64,000 nt of DNA from Nitrosopumilaceae archaeon (GTDB taxonomy: Archaea; Thermoproteota; Nitrososphaeria; Nitrososphaerales; Nitrosopumilaceae): contig CBDBMG010000003.1 in NCBI GenBank assembly GCA_965207375.1, positions 384,001-448,000 on the forward strand, read 5' to 3'. A program made the translations under genes and the position numbers. Under the pieces are notes generated by a model. It made no database searches, had not been told where the DNA came from, and was given only the letters and a program-made list of their open reading frames with translations. This document shows positions 26,043 to 36,429 of the stretch, one piece after another. Within the stretch, counting starts at the first letter, position 1; every line of letters begins with the position of its first letter.

Positions 26043-26320
26043 TTATTATTATTGTATAATGGTTATGTAATTTGCAATGGATACAGTAATAACAGTAAAA
26101 AAACTGTTTAGACCAAAGGCCTTTGCTGGTATCCATATCCTGTGACATTCCAAAAATTGTCGAGTCGATTTTTAAAGGAATTAATTGAGTCTGCAGAAAT
26201 CACATAATCTGGTAGGCTGTTCCAGCAGCTAACAACACGATTGGAGAAAAAATATTTACTAATGTTTAATCTGGATCTCTTCTTATATAATTTCAAATTA
26301 TGCCCCCTAGTTCTTGAGTT
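26043..26320 (-). mobile_element. Inverted copy of the same LINE 3' fragment
   Basis: Reverse complement of about 23437-23686 with a longer 3' end (ccattgcaaattacataaccattatacaataataataat). Confidence 0.85.
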
Positions 26321-26995
26321 GCAAATAATAATAATAATAATAATAATAATTTCGGTGATAAAAGAAGCGCTCATTATCTGGCTTCACGAAGATTGCTGCA
26401 AGAAGTTTCTAATCGCTGTCGTTTGCCGTCTACGACGCGTTGAATGCAACGGTGTTGAGGAAAATTCGCTGAAAAGTTTGCCTGCATTCCTGTCTAAACC
26501 ACAGCCACACAGCCCTGACGTTAGCGCGTCGAGCTCTCAACCCTGAGGTCCAGGGTTCGATTCCTCCCATGACAACCTTTATTTCTTCTCACTGGCACAT
26601 TTTTGCTAATCAATAAATTAAGTTGTTACAACATGGTACAGCCTACTTCCAGGCGTTAAATAACAACGAAACCCTACAGTGCTAATATAGGCTAAGTGTT
26701 ACTAATCAATTTACAAGGTGTTATAAGTAAACTTGGTACTCATGGCAACTACCTACATATATAGCCATAGGCATCATGGCACATGCCACAGACTAGGGGA
26801 CTATAGGTAGACATATATATAGGAGACTAGAGGGGCATATAGGAGATCATATAGATAGTGTAATATGATATGTTGCTATCATGCATGCATATAGCCATAG
26901 GCATCATGACACATGCCACAGACTAGGAGACTAGGTAGACATATAGGACTATGTAGACATACAGGAGACTAGAGGGGCATATAGGAGATCATATA

Positions 26996-27414
26996 CCGTA
27001 TGGAGGGAAACTTTGGAGGGTGCTAACATTGGCGAATTTGGCGGAAAATCATCCATTCGCCAATTTTTAAACCACCAATGTTTTCCATACACTAAGCGCC
27101 TTTAAATATTAATTATAAAGCCACGTGATGTGTAAGCGACTTATATATATTGACTTACATATTGACTTATATTCATGATACCCCCTCTGATCATAGACTC
27201 TTAAGGAAAAACGACAACAGCCATCCGACATCATTCAACCGGAATGCAAACACGTGCTACGTCTACTCAAGTTAGGCGCAGCTATATATTCAAATTGTTT
27301 TAATATGCGCTTAATTTAACTTTCGTTATCGATCCGCCAAAGTTTATTCCACCAATGATGTTTTCCTTGTCATTTCGCCAAAGTTTGCACCCTCCAAAGT
27401 TTCCCTCCATACGG
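26996..27414. mobile_element. TA-flanked MITE (CCGTA termini) nested in the Helitron
   Basis: TIRs ccgtatggagggaaactttggagggtgc / gcaccctccaaagtttccctccatacgg; empty paralogous TA site near 26851. Confidence 0.85.
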
Positions 27415-27603
27415 TAGATAGTGTAATAACCATGCATGCACATGAGCATGCATTTAGCTACACGCCCTACACCCTGCATGACAGGGCAGGTACACATGCT
27501 AGTACAAGTATAATACAAAAATGGTTTCAATTCTTTATTCTTTCAATTAGTAGCTTGCTCGGTTCCCCATATTAAGATAACACTTCACTTTTGGTCAGTA
27601 TAT

Positions 27604-27853
27604 GTGACCGGATTTGCGAAAACCTTCCTTATGGGCACATTTTACACACTGTTCTTCTTTTGAGCATAACTACTTCATAATTCAACCAATTTTGATTTTT
27701 AAAGTTTTAATGAACTGAGTGATCATTTTGCAAGAGATCTGTGTTATTATAACTCTGATAAAAATGAGAGTTTAGAAGTTTGAAGGGATACAATTTAAAA
27801 TTTCTTGCCAAAATTCTTGTGCCCTTAAGGATGGTTTTCGCAAATCCGGTCAC
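27604..27853. mobile_element. Sola1-like MITE; close copy at 41375-41625
   Basis: TIRs gtgaccggatttgcgaaaacc / ggttttcgcaaatccggtcac; TSD atat. Confidence 0.8.
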
Positions 27854-27922
27854 ATATAATGGTTGCCAAGTGGACTGCAGCCGTTATTGTCACTGACACA
27901 ATAATATTAAAAAGTCAATAAA

Positions 27923-28036
<114 letters not shown>

Positions 28037-28388
28037 ATTTAATATTGTTATACGTAGTTACAGTGGCTAGAATAAGAAAAAATATTTTATGCTTACTGTA
28101 CAGAAACAAATAAACTAATTAGCCTTCTCACAGGTCACTATAGTATTATGATGAACTGTATAGATTATTCTGAGTAATATATCTGTTCTAAGAATTCTTC
28201 TATGATTATATATACATACGTGTGTACATGACTATAATATGAGAATTCTAACAAGTGGTCTTTGCTGTAATTACATTATAGCTACTAAACATTATTTGTT
28301 TCCTATGTGTAGCAATCTATTGTTAAGGAAACTGCTAAGCATGATCTGTTAATTAATGCTAGCTATTATTAGTACCTAACATTTAATT

Positions 28389-28606
28389 ATGACTGGGTCT
28401 GCGAAAATTAACCATCTGAGCACAAATTACACCTAGTTACATAATAATGAATATCTTCAGTTCTAAATGGAATATCAGCATTCTGTAAGCTTCTCCATTA
28501 AATTCTGCATGTGTGGTAGAAAATCTGTGTTGTTATGAAAAGACAAAATTGAAAAATAAGGTAATTTTTATGTGACCATATGGTTGATTTTTGTAGGCCC
28601 GGTCAC
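28389..28606. mobile_element. Sola1-like MITE
   Basis: Degenerate TIRs atgactgggtctgcgaaaatt / gatttttgtaggcccggtcac; TSD aatt. Confidence 0.65.
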
Positions 28607-29108
28607 AATTATAGGTGACTTAATAGGCTTAAATTTAAATTAAATAGCTAATGATTGTGACCGGATTTTGGAAAACAGTTCAAAATCGCACATTTTTATT
28701 AGTTATATTTATCACTGCCATGCAAACAGTATTGCATATTCAAAGATATTTCATAATTATTAACTGTCAAATTTTAATCAACAACTCACTAACCTCATAC
28801 AGTAATCAGCACAAAGGAAGTCTTCAAAGTAAGTTGTCTGATCTTATTGTAAAAGGTTTCTAAGTATACCAGCCTTTCCACGAAATCCATATATGTATAA
28901 TAAATGCAAAACTTATTCAATGGTACATATTGTAGTAGGGTTAAGTCAATTAAGTCAGCATCAAGGATATAAAATACCAGCAAATATTTCTGTTCTCTGT
29001 CAACAGGTTTGTAAGCCTTTTCACAGGTTACTAGTGGGATGGTTATTATGATGATAATAGGTACTGATAAAAGTGATGCAAAAGTTGATAAAATAGAAAT
29101 CTATAAAT

Positions 29109-29356
29109 GTGACCCAGGATGAGAAAATACACAAAATACACCTATTCATATTATGGTAGCTATGCTGTATCTCCTTTACTAATTAAGACTTCAACAATCT
29201 GCAAACTGCATGAGATTCCCTATGAATCGCTCCATAAATGGTAAAACTTCTATTAGACTCCTATGATTATTTATAAAGCTATGTACATAAGTTTGAAATT
29301 CAAAATGTAGTTAAATTGTATGTGTATATAAACCCTATTTTCTCATGCCGGGTCAC
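29109..29356. mobile_element. Sola1-like MITE
   Basis: TIRs gtgacccaggatgagaaaata / tattttctcatgccgggtcac; TSD aaat; empty paralogous site at about 17230 (atctaaatgtagttgtatc). Confidence 0.8.
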
Positions 29357-29397
29357 AAATGTAGTTGTATCTGAGAGCAAAATGCTCAACATGAATA

Positions 29398-29557
29398 CAG
29401 TGGAACCTGTTAATCAGGACACTTGAAAATGTGGACACCTGCATAATCTGGACACCTAGCTATGGTCCCAAATGATTTATTTATTATGTAAACTGACCTG
29501 GAAAATCAGGACACCTTTGGTTGGTCCCAAGGTGTCCATAATACACAGGTTCCACTG
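29398..29557. mobile_element. pogo/Tigger-type MITE
   Basis: TIRs cagtggaacctgt / acaggttccactg; TA TSD supported by the empty inverted paralog near 18260. Same terminus as the Tigger relic ending at 43431. Confidence 0.85.
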
Positions 29558-32424
29558 TATCCCTTAATATACATAGAATATAATAGGAGCACAATTGGCT
29601 CAAGCATATTATTGTAGTCAGCTTGTGAAATAATACGTATTAGTCCTTGTGCATCTAAACAAATAGATTTAGTAAAGATTAATTACAACTGAAAACTCAA
29701 AATAATACCGTATATGTAGCTATACTATAATTTCTACTATGCTGGATTTTTGTTTGTATCCACTATAGTCTTTATAGCTGCGTATATAGGTTACATAGTT
29801 GGCTAGGCATTTAATAATTTACGTTTGTATTTAAATGGTATAGCATATGTATTACTGTGCATACGTAGCTATGTGCAGGAGTGATTTGTCTGATAGTCAT
29901 GGCCATGTACACATGTGTTAGAGATTAGGCCATGCACAGGTGACTGCATGGCTAAAGGTAATGCTGACATCAGGCAAATCGTGAATTACTGTATGCATGC
30001 ACATGTTGTACAATTATGTCATGTAATACTTTCAAATTATTATAATGTCACAATACCTGTAATGGTTATATATACGTACGTACATAAGTTAATAAATGCA
30101 TATTTTACTTAATTAATGTATATACATGTACTCAACTATCCTATTGTTCATCTACTATAACATAAAAGCAAATTATTGCATTTCAATAGGAAGTTGTTTG
30201 AACAATGGGAACTTGTAGCACAGATTGGATGTTGCACTGGCCCACTGTTGCATGTGCAACAGTGGGCCATTGAAAAGTTTTAGCACACAATTGATTTGTT
30301 TGGAAGTTATAGCACATGCAACTATAGTAGCTAAGTGCTACATACATAAGATAAGTTTATATCTACATAGTTACTTAGCTATGTATGTAGCATAACTGAA
30401 ACACTTAATCTGAGCCTTAATTAGGAGTTACTGTTAATAAGCACATCTTTGCAAATTCTATTCTAAGTTTCTTTTACTCTTTTGTCTTCATAAATGGATG
30501 TTCTCACAAGCATATATCAGTCACTAAACTTAGCATAAACTCACAGTATGATTATCATGGTTGTTGTGATTCAATCAATACTTGTGCATAATGTGGTTAA
30601 TGTTAACAGTTTAAAGCATGTTATTTGTAGCAATCTTACAGACTAAAATCCTAGAGGATAATAACAGATGTGTATGAATAAAATATCAATTGTTAATAAT
30701 ATGATATCATACGTAATTCAAAGCTACCCAGTCAAGCGTATTTAACTGTCAAATTTGTTAATGCCGTAATTAATACATAGTATTCTGGAAGTCCACAGAG
30801 TAAATTGTCTGATTTCAAAGTATACCAACCTTTCCAAGAAATCTCTACAAGTTTAATGTATCAATGAGAAGCACCAAGGTATAATTGTAGTCAGCTCGCA
30901 TAATTGCATAGCCCTTGGGCATCTATACAAAATGATTCAGTAGCACTGAAAACTCATATAGCTAAAGCTCATAGCTTTATTGTAGCTATAGCTATAATTT
31001 TGGATTTGTATATCTACTGTAGTCATTTAATTGTATCCAATAGTCCACTACTCTTCTCTATGTATTTTGTATCCACTACCATTAGCTAGCTTGAAAAGGA
31101 TTTCCTTTACCAATGAAAACACTCTCCTCTGATTAAATGTGCTAGTTATGCTACATACATATAGCTATAATACGTAATCATAATTATTATTATTATGTAC
31201 GTAGCTATAGCTAGCACAACTTTCTAATGGCAAACTTTCCAATGCATGGCCTTACGTAGCTACATATGATTTCATTCTGTGCTTATAGCTACATATGTAT
31301 TGAAGCTATAGGTATAATAATTATAGTTAACTGTGTTCCAAGTTATATTATTCATATGTATGGGAAGGAGTACGTAATTTGTGTGCATATGTTAGAGACA
31401 AGGGCTATAGGTGGCTGATAGTGTATGTACGTAGGCGACAACTTATAGCCTGATGAAATGACTCTTTTTATCACTTGCTTATGGCATTTACAGGTATGTA
31501 TGGCTGTGGTAGGATTTGACATACATAATGTACGATGTAGCTATCCCAGACTAAGTGCTACATTATAAAAGTACATTTTGCTACTGAGATAGTTGAATGT
31601 ACGGTAATATATATAATTATCAGTAAGTTCATGCAGTATAGCTATTAATAAGGTGTCAGAAATTTCAAAATTGAACTATAGTATTGATCTCACAAGACAC
31701 ATGTACACTTTACACATAAACTTAATTACGTACATAGGTTAATAATTATACTGTACTACAGTAGCTATAAAACAGGGAATATATATATAGCTACTACAAA
31801 TTACTTATGATTATTATAGCAACTAAAACAAAACAAAGAAAGTGAGAATTAACAACGTAGACTTATTACTACTAGCTACTAGCTATATAAATACTATTAT
31901 ATTATTGTTATGTTGTTGGCGACATCACTAAGTAACTGTTTCAATAATAATTATTGATGAATCTAATACAAAATGGTGACTTCTTATAAGTTTTGGGTTA
32001 GATAACTACACTGTTAGAAATGGGTAGCTAGTTGTGATAACTACGAAGGAGTTATCCTTTGAGGAGAATTTTTGGTCTGAAAAACTCCTTTAGTACGTAG
32101 CTAGCTACATATATTTAATAGTGTATGACATCAAGTTGAGCAGTTTGTGGCTACATAGCTACCAAAGTGCTAGGTATAATTTGAATAATAAAACTTTCAA
32201 AGTGTAGATAGCTACGTATATTCAGTATCTATAATATTATTATAACGTAGCTAGCTAGTTATAGCTATAATAATAGGTAAAAGTTGATTTTTAATTTAAT
32301 TAATTTAATCAAAACATGTACAACTAAACCACAAATACATATAGCTAGTTATTATAGCTATACATTATAGCTAGGTAACTAAATAACTAGGTCTAACAAA
32401 TCAGTTATCAATGGGCGGTTATAC

Positions 32425-33132
32425 TTAGGCGGATTGACAAAAATTTTCTACCGCGACGGCAGGACGAGAGTAGCGTACGGAAGGTGAACAAGCATACTTC
32501 TGATTTGGCTTAAACATTTCAACCAAAACTTTGTCAGCAATCTCCCATAATGGACGACTAACTTTAGCATGAAGACAAAAGGAATTGGTAAATAATCCTC
32601 CGACAGCTCCCTCCCTCTTATCGTCCCAAGCAGGAATCTCGCTGTTAGCTCCACAGAAAAAGGCCACGGATTTTTCCAAGCGGGTATCCAACCTCCACGT
32701 GTTTATCATTCCCCCAGAATGACAAGCGTCGATGATTACGTAAAGGGTTTTTCCCGATGGTAAATATTCGTCAATGTCTTCAGTAAGCTCCTCGTCTTTA
32801 TACCACTCGTTGTAGTCTTCGACAATACACAAGCATTCGGTGTTGTTTCGCTTCATTCAGTTCCACTGATGACCCCCATGACCACAATTGAAATATATGA
32901 GGAATTCCTCCTCGGTCTTGGTGAGAAAATCGATGAAGGTTTCACGATATTCTTTCTTTGTACTGTAAATCTTGCGGGAAGGATGTTTCGAAAGTTCCTC
33001 CGTGTTCACCAGCACATTTGAGATTCTAAATCCATTGCTATCACAGAGTTTAACCATGCTTTTAATGTCAGGACGGTTATCAATGAAGGGGTAGCATTTT
33101 GCACCAGTGATCAACGCAGCGGTTGCAGACAT
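32425..33132 (-). CDS. Intronless metacaspase-like peptidase C14 with one in-frame TGA (32857-32859); pseudogene, recoded or split
   Basis: Two abutting same-frame ORFs give about 235 codons with the catalytic His motif LIYFNCGHGG, the catalytic Cys motif LYVIIDACHSGGM and C-terminal GGLFTNSF. The only lesion seen is TGA immediately followed by ATG. Confidence 0.8.
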
Positions 33133-33429
33133 GACTAGATACAATATACGTATGGTAGCTTAATCTATAGTTCTATGACTACAGTGAAACAACTGTACTG
33201 TAGATATAGCTATTTATATAGCTTTATTAGCTCTACCGGCGAAAACCACAATTATAGCTACCTAGCTATATATAGCTATATAGCTACGCGTTTTTGTATA
33301 ATGAAATCGCATTTCCGCTTTTTATTGCAGCCCAAAAACTATAAAAAAGGCAGAAACTTATGTGCTGGTATATCAACATCCAGCGTGTTCAAAGCAGTTA
33401 TTTAGCTATACAGCTGAAATTCTTTCGAA
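33133..33429. promoter_or_regulatory. Putative bidirectional promoter
   Basis: Minus-strand TATATAAATA at 33220-33211 and plus-strand TATAAAAA at 33340-33347, each about 80-90 bp upstream of the respective ATG. Confidence 0.45.
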
Positions 33430-33549
33430 ATGTCTACTACTCTCGCTAATGCAAAGAACCTTGCTATGTCCATATTGGACGTCGATGGTGACCACAGGAT
33501 ATCTCGCAGTGATTTTGAGAAGGCTATGAATAGAAATGATGCCAAATAG
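33430..33549 (+). CDS. 39-aa single EF-hand microprotein (below ORF-track cutoff)
   Basis: MSTTLANAKNLAMSILDVDGDHRISRSDFEKAMNRNDAK*. The helix-loop-helix loop D-V-D-G-D-H-R-I-S-R-S-D-F matches EF-hand positions 1, 3, 5, 8, 9, 12 and 13. Position 6 is His rather than Gly. Confidence 0.55.
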   Translation: MSTTLANAKNLAMSILDVDGDHRISRSDFEKAMNRNDAK

Positions 33550-34053
33550 TAAAGCTAATAGTTGAATGTCCTATAAAAACAAAACATTAAGGTTTTTATC
33601 ATATTATAGTTTTTAAAGAATTAACTTACCAGGTGACGAAGGGCCCATTCGTGTGGCTTCAATTGTTATAACCAAACATCACTATATACATTCAATTAAT
33701 CCATCCTAGCTCTCCATGCATTTACCTATCTACAAACCTTACAATCGCTTACCACGATTCATAGTGGCTTCCTCGGGCGGGCTTCCTGGTTGACCAAAAA
33801 CAACATTTGGCTTTTTGATAGCCAACCACTTCCTTCCTTGAATAGAGCTGAGATGCGGAAGCCCAATCTACACGATTCAACATGCCGTGCCATTCAGCAC
33901 AGTGTATACACGCGATCGTTGTCCAACGTCACGGGCACGTGCTTGCACATTCCATACCGCCCCTTTACTGGATGTGCAAAACAATTGGCACTAATTAGAG
34001 TAGATTAATAATCGAGTGTAACTCGTGAATTATAGGGAGTTTTAAGAAATCCT

Positions 34054-36070
34054 ACATTTAAAATGAATCTCGTTATGTACAGATTTGATCACATCACGTG
34101 ATACGCATATTATCACGTACAAGTTAAACTTTGGTTGATTTTAGTGTACCGCAGGTGAACGTGGATTACCACACGTGTCGAAGGTTACTGCTACTTGAAG
34201 CCGATTTCGTTGTTGCGTAGGGGTGCATGGTTTTAACTGGCAGGAACAGTTGGTAGATTTATGACGTCCATTCCAGCACTGAGTTAAGTTATGCATCATT
34301 ATTATAATGTATGATTGATTTATCTATGTTCAGCTAAATATCATTTATTCTGTTCATAAGACTAAACCTAAGCCATATATAGCTTGGCCTGAGTGGTTCC
34401 CCCAGTCTTGTATTAGATTATGTATGCTAATTGAAGCCGATAATAATACTGTAGATGATTGCTATCCAATATTAATCTGTTATTTGTTATAGATGGTATC
34501 CAGTTGCAAGTCAGGTTTCTAACACTTATGGAGGCAATTATTAGACTCCAGTTGATATTGCGATTATGGAGTGATGCCGTGTGTATAATATTGAGCTATA
34601 TATGAATATAGTAGGCTTGTTGTTATGTATATGTTGTTCAACTTGCAGTCTATAACTGAGATAATCGTTCACATAATTACTGAGTCATCAACGTAGGTGT
34701 AGAATAATATACTATATGTAATGGACTCTTCAATGCCGGTATTGTCTTGCACTAATTTTTAGTCTGCCTCAGTGACACTTTCAACTTAGGCAAGTAAACT
34801 GTCATTGTTATTAAAAAATCCCTAGCATACTATTTATGCCCTAGCTTAAAAACTGCCTATTGATCAGCTGTAAACTGCGTTTACAGTTTCTACTGAAGAG
34901 AAATTAATGATAAATGACATAGGGTCCGGCATAATCACCAAGTTGTCTAGCAAGATAGTTTATACAAATGTAAGAGCCTTTTCCCACTATTGATGTTGCA
35001 ATTTATACTTCATTCTTCCGAGCAAAACATCCATGAGCAGTCAAAAGTTGATTGGTTGAACTGGACATTGGAAAAGAATAATATTACGTACATCTCCAGA
35101 AATCTGAAACCATGATTAGCCTCTCAATCATCACTCTTTTTATTATTATTATTGTAAAACCTCATAAATTTCTAGATAGCTACATATGTGATTGTAAGAG
35201 TCATTTAAATTGATAATGGTTGCAGTTTCAGGAGGTAACTTGTTCCAGAGGCTAATGGAGTTTGGGAAGAAACTATACTTGTATTGGTCAGTATGCATAG
35301 CGGGTTGTACAAATTTCATGGTATGTCCTCTTGTGATACGGGGAGCTGGGATGATATAGTCCAGTAAATTGAGTTCAACAAGACCATGGATGATCTTATA
35401 TAACATTATGAGGCATAGTTCTCTGTGTTGGGCTTTGACAGATCGCCACGTGCACTGTAGGAAAGTGAGCATAGCTGATACACTGCTAGTTCTGTGATGA
35501 TCTGACATTATAAACCGAGCTGCTCATTTTTGGATAGCTTCTAATTTATTGATATGATAGTTAGTGTGTGCACTCTATGTATAATAAATTATGTTATGCA
35601 TGCAAATATCAATCAGGCCATGTCATTCCAGTAATACAGGTAGTCCAAATGTGTGATGGTACATCAGCACTGGCATGCATCTTAACCTGCAAAAGAAATA
35701 AATATGATTATATTTACTTAATATACACACCCTGGTAATTCCTGCCAAGGCTGCCTAATACGAGACTGGAGTTACACATAGCTTAGTGTCATGTACAGAA
35801 TAAATATTTAGCTGAACATAAATCAATTACTCTGTTTAATGCATAACTTAACTGTTAAAGATGTTCTGGAATGGGCGTCATAAATCTACCAACTGTTCCT
35901 GCCAGTTAAAACCGCCCCTACGCAACAACGAAAGTAGCAGTACCTTCGACACGGGTGATAATCCACGTTCACCTGCGGTACACTAAATCAACCAAAGTTT
36001 AACTTGTACTTGATAATATGCGTATCACGTGATGTGATCAAGTCTGTACATAACGAGATTCTTTAAAATG
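34054..36070. repeat. About 300-bp inverted repeat arms (34054-34368 / 35781-36070)
   Basis: aatctcgttatgtacagatttgatcacatcacgtgatacgc... is reverse-complemented at 36061 and leftwards with high similarity. Confidence 0.9.
35140..35560 (-). mobile_element. 3' fragment of a second non-LTR retrotransposon
   Basis: AARFIMSDHHRTSSVSAML..MLYKIIHGLV..RITRGH..YKYSFFPNSISLWNKLP is the typical C-terminus of RT ORF2, with an (AAT)n tail. Confidence 0.85.
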
Positions 36071-36151
36071 ATCTTCATCGCACGGCGAGTCGACTGAAGG
36101 TTAGTATATTAATTAAGACTGCTTAGTTTTCGAGATAATTAATTACCTCAT

Positions 36152-36220
36152 GCATTAATCATACTTTCGTCATACATTAATCACACTTTCGTCATACATT
36201 AATCATACTTTCGTCATACT
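36152..36220 (+). repeat. 22-bp tandem repeat, about 3 copies
   Basis: cattaatcatactttcgtcata repeated. Confidence 0.9.
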
Positions 36221-36429
36221 TAACGCCCTTTCGTGACGAAATTCTAACCGCAATTTTTGTTTTTCTTAGTACTTGGTTTATAATATAATATATATCTTAG
36301 TACTAGATAAGATTAAACAACTAGCTAGCTAAATAGTGAAAGTGTAAAAACAACTTACGTAATTAAATAATTCGTTTCGCGGCACGTGACTATATTGTGA
36401 GGAAGACGTAATTTGTTTCTCTGAGAGAT

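Larger units (their letters stand above)
23289..27502 (+). mobile_element. Non-autonomous Helitron with captured or nested sequence
   Basis: 5' TC (tcatcatcatatatataaagctg), 3' hairpin ccctg-catga-caggg followed by CTAG, inserted between A and T with no TSD. The empty paralogous site is on the opposite strand at about 15941-15959 (agtgtaa^tacaagtataat). Confidence 0.85.
33630..36279 (-). mobile_element. Non-autonomous Helentron-like element related to the element at the left edge
   Basis: 36096-36280 is colinear with 2335-2505 (ggttag..ttaattac.tcat..[tandem]..acgccc..tgacg..taacc.ca..gtacttggtt). 34038-34070 matches 2281-2312. A hairpin acgaa-gggccca-ttcgt lies beside the other end at about 33630-33655. 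Confidence 0.5.

Noticed and set aside
32000-32424. SECIS element supporting selenocysteine at the metacaspase TGA
   Set aside because: No convincing RUGA..AA..GA stem-loop is visible by eye, and the TGA is not at the catalytic Cys. Not formally excluded without a search.
32425-33549. Bacterial contaminant sequence
   Set aside because: The flanks and the intergenic spacer carry the same TAGCTA/TACGTA-rich signature as the rest of the window, and there is no operon-like gene density.
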